Shown one piece after another: positions 1-9,030 of a stretch of DNA of 64,000 bases. Where the stretch lies: contig JBFXAQ010000001.1 in NCBI GenBank assembly GCA_050184115.1, forward strand, positions 1,002,304 to 1,066,303, read 5' to 3'. This DNA is from Gammaproteobacteria bacterium (GTDB lineage Bacteria; Pseudomonadota; Gammaproteobacteria; Ga0077536). The position numbers and the translations under genes are program-made. The stretch's first letter is position 1; every line of letters begins with the position of its first letter. The notes beneath the pieces were generated by a model. The model searched no databases, had not been told where the DNA came from, and was given only the letters and a program-made list of their open reading frames with translations.

Positions 1-1
1 C

Positions 2-709
2 GCCGTGCGTGGTCGTGACGCTGACGATTTCGACCAGGCCAACATTGCGGGGGTGGGGTGTTTCGCCCGCGCCGCGGTCGAGGTCATGTCGCGGCCGCGG
101 GTCGTACTGCTGTCATCGCTCGCCGCGAGCCGCCCCTGCCTCTCCGACTATGCTGCCAGTAAGCGCGCGGGTGAGGATGCACTCACCGCGGGTGCGGGGC
201 TGGAATGGGCGATCCTGCGCCCCCCCGCGGTCTATGGCCCCGGCGACCGCGAGATGCTGCCGCTGTTCACTGCCGTGCGGCACGGGCTGGCGCCGCGACT
301 CGGACCCCGAGGGCAACGCCTTGCGCTCCTGCACGTGGCCGATCTCGTCCGTGCCGTGCGGCTCGTGATCGAGCACTTCGAGGCTTGCCGCGGGCACACG
401 TTCGAGCTCGACGACGGTCATACCAAGGGCTACGACTGGAGCGAAATCGTCGCTCACGCGCGCGGTCGCCTGCCGGTTGCCCTGGTGCCCGTTCCGCGGC
501 TCGTGCTCGCCGCGATCGCGTGGGTCAACCTGCTGCTGGCGCGCGTGTTCGGTTACCTGCCCATGCTCACACCCGGCAAGGTCAACGAGCTTTCCGCTTC
601 CTGTTGGCTCTGCGATAATCAACCGCTCTCCGCGGCGACCGGTTGGCGCCCGCAAATCGCCCTGGGCGACGGCGTGAACGCCATGTTCGCGCCAACCACC
701 CACGAGTAG
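2..709 (+). CDS. NAD(P)-dependent epimerase/dehydratase, CerR-like ceramide reductase (5'-truncated at window edge)
   Basis: Frame open from position 2. Extended-SDR motifs YAASK (YxxxK) and ILRPPAVYGPGD, plus C-terminal PMLTPGKVNEL. Lies directly upstream of acp and spt, as CerR does in the Caulobacter ceramide locus. Confidence 0.75.
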   Translation, partial: AVRGRDADDFDQANIAGVGCFARAAVEVMSRPRVVLLSSLAASRPCLSDYAASKRAGEDALTAGAGLEWAILRPPAVYGPGDREMLPLFTAVRHGLAPRLGPRGQRLALLHVADLVRAVRLVIEHFEACRGHTFELDDGHTKGYDWSEIVAHARGRLPVALVPVPRLVLAAIAWVNLLLARVFGYLPMLTPGKVNELSASCWLCDNQPLSAATGWRPQIALGDGVNAMFAPTTHE

Positions 710-839
710 ACCGAGAGCCTGTGAAAAGAACTTCGCCACCGCTTCTCCCGCTATCGGGCGCCGGCAATGCCAGTAGCAGCGCGGGCGCCCGCGCGCGTCG
801 TCGGGTGTGGTGCCGGTCGGCCGCCGGGCAGACTCCCGC

Positions 840-1091
840 ATGGTGAAGCCGGCGCACGATGCCATCGTCAGGGACCTCGTCACGCTGCTGACGAAAACCC
901 TCGATCGACCGGCCCAGATGACCGCAGACACCGCCCTGATTGGCGATCTCGGACTCGAGTCGATCCAGGTGATCGAATACTTGTGTGAGGTCGAGGATCA
1001 CTTCGACCTCGCCATCGATGAAGACACCCTCGCCGACGTCAATACCGTCGGCGATCTCGCCGCGGTGGTCGCGCGCTTGCTTGCCGGGTGA
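840..1091 (+). CDS. Acyl carrier protein (83 aa), probably dedicated to Spt
   Basis: DLGLESIQVIE phosphopantetheine-serine motif, VEDHFDLAIDE and VNTVGDL; acidic and small. ATG at 840 preferred over the ORF-track start at 807. Confidence 0.9.
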   Translation: MVKPAHDAIVRDLVTLLTKTLDRPAQMTADTALIGDLGLESIQVIEYLCEVEDHFDLAIDEDTLADVNTVGDLAAVVARLLAG

Positions 1092-1352
1092 AACGCGGCG
1101 TCCACAGCAGCGGACGCGGATCGGGCATCAGGGACGAGCCTCCATGCGGCTGCGTCATCCGCTGGTGGCGCCGCGCGGCTTCTTCGCGCATGAACGGAGC
1201 GGCCCGCGCCGCGCACGTCCGGCCCGCCCGCGGTGGCGTTGTTCCACCGAACCCGACGAGAACCAGACCGTTTCGCGCGAGCGCTCGCATCGACGCTGCC
1301 GGCGCCGCGCGGCCATTTGCCCGCAGTCGAACGATTCCCAGGTGAAGCCGCC

Positions 1353-2552
1353 ATGAGCTTGTCCGAACGTTTCCGCTCCGCTGCCGCGACCCGCGACCTG
1401 CTCGCCGCGCTGCCGGTCAACCCCACCGATATCGTCATCGACGAGGTCCTGTCGGCGACCGAGGCGATGATCCGCGGTCGCCGTACCATCATGGCCGGGA
1501 CCAACAACTATCTCGGTCTGACTTTCGACGCGCAGTGCATCGAGGCCGGTCAACGGGCACTTGCCGAGTCCGGTACCGGCACCACGGGATCACGGATGGC
1601 CAATGGGACCTACCGTGCTCATCTCGAGCTCGAAGCCGAGCTCGCCGCGTTCTTCGGCATGCCTCACGCGATGGTCTTCTCGACCGGTTACGCCGCGAAC
1701 CTCGGCTCGCTGGTCGCACTGCTAGGTGAAGGCGACGCCGTATTGCTCGACTCCGAGGCCCATGCCAGCCTCTTCGACGGTTGCCGCATGAGCGGTGCTG
1801 ACATCTTCCGCTTCAAACACAACGACCCGGACGGACTGGCCAAGCGCCTGCGGCGCCTGGGCGAGCGTGCGCACGACGCCCTGATCGTGGTCGAGGGTTT
1901 GTACAGCATCCGCGGTGATTGCGCGCCGCTCACCGAGTACGCGGCGGTCAAAGCCGAACACGGCGGTTACCTGTTCGTCGACGAGGCACACTCGCTCGGC
2001 GTCTTCGGTGACGGGGGCCGCGGACTGGCCGAGGCCCAGGGTGTGCTCGAGCAGACCGACTTCGTGGTCGGCACGTTCAGCAAGAGCCTGGGTTCGATCG
2101 GCGGCTTCTGTGCCAGTCGCCACGCGGAACTCGGCCTGTTCCGTTACGCCAGTCGTCCCTACATCTTCACGGCTTCGCCCTGCCCGTCGGTCATCGCAAC
2201 CACGCGTGAGGCTCTGCGGCACGTTGCCAACCGTCCGGAACTGCGCACGCAGCTGTGGCGCAATGCGCAGCGTCTCTACGGCGCGCTCGAAGCGCTGGGA
2301 CTGCAGCTCGGCCCGCATGTCAGCCCGGTGGTCGGCGTCAGCTTTGCCGACCGCGCGATCGCCTTGCTCTGCTGGCAGAGCCTGCTCGACAGCGGCGTGT
2401 ACACCAACCTGATCCTGCCGCCGGCGGCGCCGGAGGGGGGCAGCCTCATTCGCGTCAGTGTCACCGCGGCGCACGACGATGCGCAGGTCGACGCCATCGT
2501 CGCCGCGTTCGACGACGCCGTACGTCGGCACCTGCCGGGCTGCGCGGCCTGA
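1353..2552 (+). CDS. spt: Serine palmitoyltransferase (PLP-dependent alpha-oxoamine synthase)
   Basis: GTNNYLGL, GSRMANGT, FSTGYAANLG, AHAS, DEAHS, GTFSKSLG (PLP lysine) and RPYIFTAS. Reads like Sphingomonas/Caulobacter Spt rather than BioF or Kbl. Adjacent to ACP and a CerR-like gene, with a bCerS-like gene in the locus. Confidence 0.85.
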   Translation: MSLSERFRSAAATRDLLAALPVNPTDIVIDEVLSATEAMIRGRRTIMAGTNNYLGLTFDAQCIEAGQRALAESGTGTTGSRMANGTYRAHLELEAELAAFFGMPHAMVFSTGYAANLGSLVALLGEGDAVLLDSEAHASLFDGCRMSGADIFRFKHNDPDGLAKRLRRLGERAHDALIVVEGLYSIRGDCAPLTEYAAVKAEHGGYLFVDEAHSLGVFGDGGRGLAEAQGVLEQTDFVVGTFSKSLGSIGGFCASRHAELGLFRYASRPYIFTASPCPSVIATTREALRHVANRPELRTQLWRNAQRLYGALEALGLQLGPHVSPVVGVSFADRAIALLCWQSLLDSGVYTNLILPPAAPEGGSLIRVSVTAAHDDAQVDAIVAAFDDAVRRHLPGCAA

Positions 2553-2553
2553 G

Positions 2554-3879
2554 TCATCCGCGCGTGTCGCGCCGCAGCGCGGCCCGCACCACCCACGCCG
2601 TCCCGCTCAGCATCACCAGGGACATCGTCAGCGCCGCGACGCCAGGACCGATGAGTCCCATCGACGGCGTCAACAGCACAAACAAGACGACGTAGAGCAG
2701 GGCCGCCAGCGCCTGCACACGCAGGCTGGCCCCGGCCCGCGAGAGGGTGTAGGCGGCCGGGCGCAGCGGCGCGGCGGCGAGTTCGACGGTGGCGGCGCCG
2801 ACCAGCCACGTCAGCAGTCCCGCGGCGGTGGCGTATTCCGCGCCGACGGTGACGCACAGGATGTCGGCGCCGAGCCAGGCCGCGAGGGCCGTGGCGAGCG
2901 CCGCCGGTAAGGCGAGGACGATGGCGACGGCCAGTGTCAGGCGTCCGAAACCGCGGTCGGCGCGGTGCTGTAAGCGTGCAAGGTCGGGGTAGATGGCCTG
3001 GCGTGCGAGCAGGGCGGGCTTGGCGACGACGTTGCCGAACTCGCGCGCGATGCGGAACAGCGCCGCGGCTTCCGCACCGAGCAGGCCACCCGCCAGGACC
3101 GTGCCCAGCGATTTCGGCACCACGTCGAGCGAGCTCTGCCAGTAGACGACGTGGAGGAAGCTCCAGATCCCGGGGTGGCGAGCGGCGGTGGCCCGCGGCG
3201 ACGCCCGGCCGCGCAGCAGTTCCCCACCGAGGCGGGACAGGGTGACCGACCAGCCGTAGCCCAGCATCATGACGTTCTGCAGAACCTGCGCGAGGGCCCA
3301 GACTGCCGCGATCGCCGGCACGGTGGGCGTGAACACCCAGGCGACCAGCGCCACGCCGACCAGTCGCGCACCGTTGCTCACGACCTGGGTCCGGGCGATC
3401 GCATCGAAGCGATCGAACACGCGCAAGGCGCCGCTCGCCGTACCCTGGCCGGAGGTCAGCAGCAGCAGGCTGTAGGCCATCGCGATCGGCGTGACCTCCG
3501 TCGACCACACACCGCACCAGGCCATCACCGGCGCACCTGCCACGCCGACCAGCGCACCCAGCAGGGCACTGCCGATATCGACCAGGGCGAGTGTGCGCAG
3601 GAGCTGCGCGAGGCCGCCGCGATCGCCATCGTCGTGGAGTGGCACGCCGTAGCGGATCACCGCTTCGAAGGGTTTGACGTTCATGACGCTGCGGATGATC
3701 AGCGTATACGCTTGGATCAGTGCCACTGTGCCGAAGTCGGCCGGGCCGAGCGCACGCGCGCTGAGCAGGGTGGCGGCGAGCGCCAGCACGCCGCCGGCGG
3801 CGCGCCCACCGAGCAGGGTCAGGAAGTTTCGCAACACGTTGCGCCACGCCGGCGTCGGCACGGGGACGGTCGCGTTCAT
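2554..3879 (-). CDS. Wzx/MATE-like flippase (polysaccharide biosynthesis protein family), about 441 aa
   Basis: Many hydrophobic segments; LSARALGPADFGTVAL N-terminal pattern; LLGAEAAALFRIA and IYPDLARL. ATG at 3879 overlaps the upstream stop (ATGA). Confidence 0.8.
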   Translation of the reverse strand: MNATVPVPTPAWRNVLRNFLTLLGGRAAGGVLALAATLLSARALGPADFGTVALIQAYTLIIRSVMNVKPFEAVIRYGVPLHDDGDRGGLAQLLRTLALVDIGSALLGALVGVAGAPVMAWCGVWSTEVTPIAMAYSLLLLTSGQGTASGALRVFDRFDAIARTQVVSNGARLVGVALVAWVFTPTVPAIAAVWALAQVLQNVMMLGYGWSVTLSRLGGELLRGRASPRATAARHPGIWSFLHVVYWQSSLDVVPKSLGTVLAGGLLGAEAAALFRIAREFGNVVAKPALLARQAIYPDLARLQHRADRGFGRLTLAVAIVLALPAALATALAAWLGADILCVTVGAEYATAAGLLTWLVGAATVELAAAPLRPAAYTLSRAGASLRVQALAALLYVVLFVLLTPSMGLIGPGVAALTMSLVMLSGTAWVVRAALRRDTRG

Positions 3880-4748
3880 CGAAATCCACCACGACGATAC
3901 AGGCGCCACAACACCGGCCAGCCGAACAGCAACGGGTGGCGGCGCTGCAGCGCGCTGGCCTCGACGCGTACGCCGCTGTGCCGCTCGACTTTCCACAGGA
4001 TGTAGTCGAGCGGCTCGTTGAAGGTGAAAGCGGCCTTGAACAGGCGGGCGACGGACAGCCACTTGCCGAGCGCGCGGCGCGCCCACCACGCACGCCGCGC
4101 CCGCGCGGGATCGGCCGCGCGGCGGCGCCAGTGCCCGGGCGTGGTTGCCGCGAGGCCGCACTCGGCGGCGAGCGCACCCGTCATGACCTCGAGCGCCGTG
4201 CCGTAGGCCGTCACGAGCTCGGCGCCGCGGGCGGGATCCTCGCTGCGCAACTCACAGCCATAGGTCAGAGTGAAGGCGGATCGCCACAGGTCCGTCGTCG
4301 TGAACGTCTCGCCGAGGAGCGGGACAGTTGCCTCGATCATGCGCCGCGCGGCGCTGCGCGCGGCAGCGTCGAGCCGGGTGCGCACACCATCGTCGCGCAC
4401 ATGCAGCACCATCACGGGTTGGGCGAAGCGCGCCCAGAAATAGGGATGGAAGCCGCGCGCGATGGCGCGTTCGAAGTGGCTCAAGGTGACGGTGGCGAAC
4501 TTCGCCGCTTCCGTACCGATGCCCGGGCCGGCGTGAAGGTGATAGACGTTCGGCGGCAGCAGGCGGTTGGCGATAGCCGCCAGCGGGGCGTGCAAGGCGG
4601 TGTAGTCGTCGAGCAGGACGTAGAAGTCGAGCACCGTGTCGCGCTTGCCACGCAGGTAGGAACCGTAGAGCACGACGGCGAGCACGCCGTCGCCGAAGCG
4701 CTCGCGGAGCAGGGTCGCGAAGCGTTGCGGCGCGTCGTCGTCAGCCAT
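3876..4748 (-). CDS. Nucleotidyltransferase-fold protein, Tam41/Mmp37-like putative (d)NMP-lipid transferase
   Basis: AVVLYGSYLRG...DFYVLLDD (GS plus DxD-type nucleotidyltransferase signature) and WARFAQP. Start overlaps the stop of the CDP-alcohol phosphotransferase by 8 nt. The specific family is inferred. Confidence 0.55.
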   Translation of the reverse strand: MADDDAPQRFATLLRERFGDGVLAVVLYGSYLRGKRDTVLDFYVLLDDYTALHAPLAAIANRLLPPNVYHLHAGPGIGTEAAKFATVTLSHFERAIARGFHPYFWARFAQPVMVLHVRDDGVRTRLDAAARSAARRMIEATVPLLGETFTTTDLWRSAFTLTYGCELRSEDPARGAELVTAYGTALEVMTGALAAECGLAATTPGHWRRRAADPARARRAWWARRALGKWLSVARLFKAAFTFNEPLDYILWKVERHSGVRVEASALQRRHPLLFGWPVLWRLYRRGGFR

Positions 4749-5925
4749 AGGCTTTGCGCGTGCCCGAGAAGCTGGCGTAGGCAGCGGGGTGGCGCGTCGC
4801 GGCATCGGGTTCGCTAAGCCACGATTCGAGGGGTGGTCCACCCAGGCGGACGAGTGCGGCCTGCGCCAGCCGTATGCCCATGATGGCCGTGCTGAGCGCG
4901 GTCCAACCTGCCACCGCGAGCAGGCCGAGGTCGGGACGGCCGACCATGGTCGGCAGGCTGAGCAGCACCAGGCAGGGATTGCGGCGCGCGGTGAACAAGC
5001 GGAAATAGGCGTCGAACGGCCGCCAGGCGAACAGGCTGCAGCGACCGAGGGCGTGGAACAGCGCTTCCAACAGGCGACCGCCGATGTAGCCGCCGACGAT
5101 CACCAGGTGCAGCACGGACAGCTCGATGCCGCCGACCGCCGGCAGACCCAGGCCCAGGCCCCACAACACGTACCAGTACGGTGGGTGGATGATGTCCATG
5201 CCGTGATCGAGGACGTGGCCGAGGGGGCTGCTCTGTACGGTGACACGCGCGAGCTTGCCGTCGACGGTGTCGAGCAGGGTCATGACCCAGCCGCTGAGCA
5301 GTCCTGCGACGTACTGCCCGTGATAGAACCAGGCGCACGAGCACAGCATGAGGACGACGCCGGTCAGGGTCACCATGTTGGGCGTCACGCCGGCCCGCGC
5401 GCACACGCCCACGAGATAGCGTGCCGGCCGCGGCCACCACCACTTGGTGACGAAATCGGTGATGCCCTTGTAGGCATTGCCGTACAGCAGTGATTCGAGT
5501 TCGTCACGGCGCGCGGCAGCGAGCGGTTCGAGCAGCGGTGGTGCGGTTTTGCGCAGGTGGCCGTCGAATGCTTCGAGCGCGGCCGGTTCCAGCAACACCA
5601 CGCCTGCCGGCAGTGTGTCGCTCGCCGGCCAGTTCGCCGCCACCACCTGCGCGGTCGCCGGTTCCAGCAGCGCTGCCGCAACCTGGCCGTCGGCGGGACA
5701 GGCCAGGGCCGCGCCGGGATGCGCGAGCAGGCCCTTGAACGTTCTGACTTCGAACAGGTAATCGGCGTGGATGAGCAGCACCTGGCTGGTGGTCGCGGGC
5801 AGTCTCGCGAGGTCGTCGAGGAGGGTGACACCGAGCCCACGAAGCTGGCGGGCGACACGCTCGCGCGCGTCCAGACCCCACAGTTCCAACGTGTTCGTAC
5901 CGATGATGCAGGCGGCGATCGTCAT
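4741..5925 (-). CDS. CDP-alcohol phosphatidyltransferase family protein with N-terminal soluble domain
   Basis: Complete signature DTVDGKLAR-x8-GHVLDHGMD (DxxDGxxAR...GxxxDxxxD), VTPNMVT, and membrane helices in the C-terminal half. Confidence 0.9.
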   Translation of the reverse strand: MTIAACIIGTNTLELWGLDARERVARQLRGLGVTLLDDLARLPATTSQVLLIHADYLFEVRTFKGLLAHPGAALACPADGQVAAALLEPATAQVVAANWPASDTLPAGVVLLEPAALEAFDGHLRKTAPPLLEPLAAARRDELESLLYGNAYKGITDFVTKWWWPRPARYLVGVCARAGVTPNMVTLTGVVLMLCSCAWFYHGQYVAGLLSGWVMTLLDTVDGKLARVTVQSSPLGHVLDHGMDIIHPPYWYVLWGLGLGLPAVGGIELSVLHLVIVGGYIGGRLLEALFHALGRCSLFAWRPFDAYFRLFTARRNPCLVLLSLPTMVGRPDLGLLAVAGWTALSTAIMGIRLAQAALVRLGGPPLESWLSEPDAATRHPAAYASFSGTRKAYG

Positions 5926-6010
5926 GCTATGCTGTTCGGCGTACAGGGTGAAAAAGCCAGCAATTATAGTGATTTAGTCGCGCCCGCGCCAAGCCGGCGC
6001 AGGGCACTCC

Positions 6011-6880
6011 ATGCGTTTCGTCCACTTGAGCGATCCCCATCTCAGCAGCCTCGCGGATTACCGTTACGCCGACGTTGCTGGCAAGCGCCGCCTCGGCATG
6101 CTGTCGTGGCATCGCCGCCGCCGCCGTCACCATCTGCGCGAGGTGCTCGACGCCCTGTGCGCCGCCGCGCTCGCCGAGCAGCCGGACCTCGTGCTCGTCA
6201 GCGGTGATTTCGTGCAGCTCGGCCTGGCCGGTGAGATCGCCGAGGCGCGGGCCTGGCTCGATGCCTTTGGTGCGGTGCCCGTGCGCATCGTGCCGGGCAA
6301 CCACGACTTCTACCAGCCGGACGCGCTCGCGCCCGCGTTGGCGGCCTGGGCGCCCTACCTCGGCCTCGCGGCGTCGGCCACGTCGGACGCCTTCCCGACC
6401 TGCCTCGAACGTGGTCCGTTGACGGTCATCGGGCTGTGCTCGGCGCAGCCGATGCCGTGGTGGTCCGCCGGCGGGGCGATCGGTGAGGCCCAGCTGCAAC
6501 GTCTCGACGGTCTGCTCGCGCGCAGTCGCGGCCGCTTGCGTTGCGTGATGCTGCACCACCCGCCGCAACCGGGGCAGTGCGCGCGGCGCAAGGCGCTCGC
6601 CGATGCGCACGTCCTCAGCCTGCTGCTCGAGCGCCACGCCGTTGAACTGGTCGTGCATGGTCACGTGCATCGTAACCGCGCCACCCGCCTCGGTCCGGTC
6701 ACGCGGGTCTTCGCGACAGCCTCCGCCTCCAATGCCGCGAGCCACGCACCCGCGTCCTACCGCGTGTTCGAATGCACGGCGGCGGGCGATGCGCGCTGGC
6801 AACTCGCCATGCGTCTGGTCTCCGTCGACCCCAGCGGCCGGGCGCGCGAAGTCGAGCGCGACAGTTGGACCGCGGGTTGA
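6011..6880 (+). CDS. Calcineurin-like metallophosphoesterase
   Basis: All five metal-binding motifs: SDPH, SGD, GNHD, LHHP, GHVH. No signal peptide evident. Confidence 0.9.
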   Translation: MRFVHLSDPHLSSLADYRYADVAGKRRLGMLSWHRRRRRHHLREVLDALCAAALAEQPDLVLVSGDFVQLGLAGEIAEARAWLDAFGAVPVRIVPGNHDFYQPDALAPALAAWAPYLGLAASATSDAFPTCLERGPLTVIGLCSAQPMPWWSAGGAIGEAQLQRLDGLLARSRGRLRCVMLHHPPQPGQCARRKALADAHVLSLLLERHAVELVVHGHVHRNRATRLGPVTRVFATASASNAASHAPASYRVFECTAAGDARWQLAMRLVSVDPSGRAREVERDSWTAG

Positions 6881-7939
6881 TCAGCCGAGACGTCGGATCG
6901 CGAGCACCGCCGCCGCCATCACCAGTATGGATGGCATGAGTGCTGTCAGCGCCGGGTCGAGCTGAAACAGCAGCGCGAGCTGCCCGGTGATGCGTTCGGC
7001 CAGGTAGAAGCCGATACCGATGACGCCGCCGACGACCGCGCGCAGCCCGGTCGAACGCGCGCGCACAGTCCCGGCAACCAGCGGCAGCCCGAGCAAGGCC
7101 ATGCCGAGCAGCGTCAGGGGCAGGCTCGCTTGTTGCCAGAAGCGCACCTCGTGCTCGCGGGTGTCGAGGCCCGCCCCGGCTGTTTCGTGCAGGTAGCGGT
7201 AGAGGTCGATCGGCGACAGGGCATGCGTCGGGCTGACCAGGGTCGAGATCTGATCGGGCGACAGGAAGCTCGCCCAGCGCAAGGTCTCGAGGTGACGGCC
7301 CGACACGGTCTCGCCGTCGATGATCCGTTCCTCGACGTCGTGCAACAACCAGGTGTGCGCGCCGAGGATGTCGGCGCGCACGGCAAGCAGCACGCGCGCG
7401 AGATGGTTGGCCTTGTCGACTTCGTAGATCTCGATGTCCGACGGGATGCGTCCGAACGCGACCTCGCCGACGCGAATGATGCGCTGGTCGCGCCGGCTCC
7501 AGAACTCCGCCCCGCCACGCGCCGTCTGTTCGAGCGTACGGGCGCGAAATTCCTGTGCCTGTCGTTCTGCCAGCGGGATGACGATGAACTGCAGGGTCAG
7601 GGCGAGCGCGACAAGGCCGCCGGCGATGGCGGCCAGGATGCCCCCGAGACGCCATCCCGACAGGCCGGCGGCCCGGATCGCCGTGAGCTCCTGGTGATTG
7701 GCGAGCAGGCCGAGCCCGAGCACCGAGCCGAGCAGCGTGCTGACGGGCAGCAGGTCGAGCAGGCGCGCCGGCGTCGTCAGGAGCATTACGGCGATGGCGT
7801 CGGCGGTGGTGAACGCGCCTTTGCCGACGTCCTCCAGTGCCTCGGCCAGGGCCAGGAAACTGAACAGGCTGAGCAGGATGGCCAGCGCGATGCCGGCGGC
7901 CTTGAGAAAATGCGCGGCAACGTAACGGGCAATCAGCAT
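6881..7939 (-). CDS. LptG-like (YjgP/YjgQ family) ABC permease paralogue
   Basis: MLIARYVAAHF start, PARLLDLLP, LANHQELTAIRAAGLS, a periplasmic beta-rich region, LSPIDLYRY and FWQQASLP. Start overlaps the lptF-like stop (TGATG). Confidence 0.85.
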   Translation of the reverse strand: MLIARYVAAHFLKAAGIALAILLSLFSFLALAEALEDVGKGAFTTADAIAVMLLTTPARLLDLLPVSTLLGSVLGLGLLANHQELTAIRAAGLSGWRLGGILAAIAGGLVALALTLQFIVIPLAERQAQEFRARTLEQTARGGAEFWSRRDQRIIRVGEVAFGRIPSDIEIYEVDKANHLARVLLAVRADILGAHTWLLHDVEERIIDGETVSGRHLETLRWASFLSPDQISTLVSPTHALSPIDLYRYLHETAGAGLDTREHEVRFWQQASLPLTLLGMALLGLPLVAGTVRARSTGLRAVVGGVIGIGFYLAERITGQLALLFQLDPALTALMPSILVMAAAVLAIRRLG

Positions 7940-8997
7940 CAGCGCAGACCGCCGCGTGCGCGTCGCCACCACGAGCCTAGAACGAGGGCGGCCGCCAGCA
8001 GGGCCGGCGCCCACCACAGGCCCGCCACCACCTGCTGTTCGACCCAGGTCCGATTGACGCCGAGCAGGTTGTAGTAGACCGCGTAGATGGCGACCGCCAG
8101 CGGCAGCCGCGCGAAGCGGCTCTCGCGTGGACGCTGATCGACCAGCATCAGCGCACAGGCAGCGAGCAACAGCGTCGACAAAGGCGTCGACAGGCGCCAG
8201 TGCAACTCGGCGCGATCGTCGTCATCGGGCGAGCCCAACAGTTGCAGCGTGGCGGCCGACTTGGTGCGATATTCGCGGTCGATAGGCCGTGTGGCGTCGA
8301 GCGACAAGGTCAGCTCGGCGAAGCGACCGAGCAGGTCGGGTGGGGCGTTGGCGACGAGAAACACGCTGGCCTCGTGCAGTATCAGGCGATGGGTGAGTGG
8401 TGTGGCGAAGGCGTCGAGCGTGGCGCGTGGGGCCGTGATGAGTTCGATGCCTTCAGACCCGCGGGTGCGAATGAACACGCCGCGCAGGGCGCCGCCATCA
8501 GCGCCGATGTGTTCGACGTAGACTGTACGAGCATCGTCTTCGTAGAGGTAGAAGCGCTGAGGCTTGATGCGATCGAGTTCGGATGCGCTCTCGGCTCGAT
8601 CCTTGAGCGCGAACAGGCGCTCGTAGGCCCACGGCCGGGCTTGCAGCGAGAGCACTGCGACCAGCGTCGCGAGCAGCGTACCGAGCAGCAGCAAGGGCCG
8701 GTGCAGGCGGCGGCGCGGTATGCCGCAGGCGCGCATGACGACCAGTTCGTTGTGCAGGTTGAGCCGCCCGCAACCGACGATGATGCCGAAGTAGAACGCC
8801 AGCGGCAGCAGGACTTCCAGCGCGATCACGGCCTTGTAGCCGGTCAGCTGCATGACCTCGGCAGCGTCGAGGAGCCCGCTGGCGGCGTCGGTGAGAAAGC
8901 GGGCCAGGTTGTAGGCGAGAAAGATCACCGTCAGTATGATGGCGACCGTCGCGGTGCTCGCGCCGATTTCGCGCATCAGGTATCGATCGATCAACAC
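7939..8997 (-). CDS. LptF-like (YjgP/YjgQ family) ABC permease paralogue
   Basis: GTG start giving (M)LIDRYLMREI; RLNLHNELVVMRACGI; AELHWRLSTPL; RPRESRF. Confidence 0.85.
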   Translation of the reverse strand: MLIDRYLMREIGASTATVAIILTVIFLAYNLARFLTDAASGLLDAAEVMQLTGYKAVIALEVLLPLAFYFGIIVGCGRLNLHNELVVMRACGIPRRRLHRPLLLLGTLLATLVAVLSLQARPWAYERLFALKDRAESASELDRIKPQRFYLYEDDARTVYVEHIGADGGALRGVFIRTRGSEGIELITAPRATLDAFATPLTHRLILHEASVFLVANAPPDLLGRFAELTLSLDATRPIDREYRTKSAATLQLLGSPDDDDRAELHWRLSTPLSTLLLAACALMLVDQRPRESRFARLPLAVAIYAVYYNLLGVNRTWVEQQVVAGLWWAPALLAAALVLGSWWRRARGGLR

Positions 8998-9030
8998 GGC
9001 AGAATGGCTGGCGATGAGGTGAGGGAGCCC

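Noticed and set aside
1088-1345. 85-aa ORF filling the acp-spt gap
   Set aside because: Arg/Ala/Pro-rich with no motif or clear ribosome-binding site; probably non-coding.
1353-2552. Alternative call as 8-amino-7-oxononanoate synthase (bioF) or kbl
   Set aside because: No bio or tdh genes nearby. The motifs and the ACP/CerR/bCerS context favour Spt, although a phylogeny is needed for certainty.
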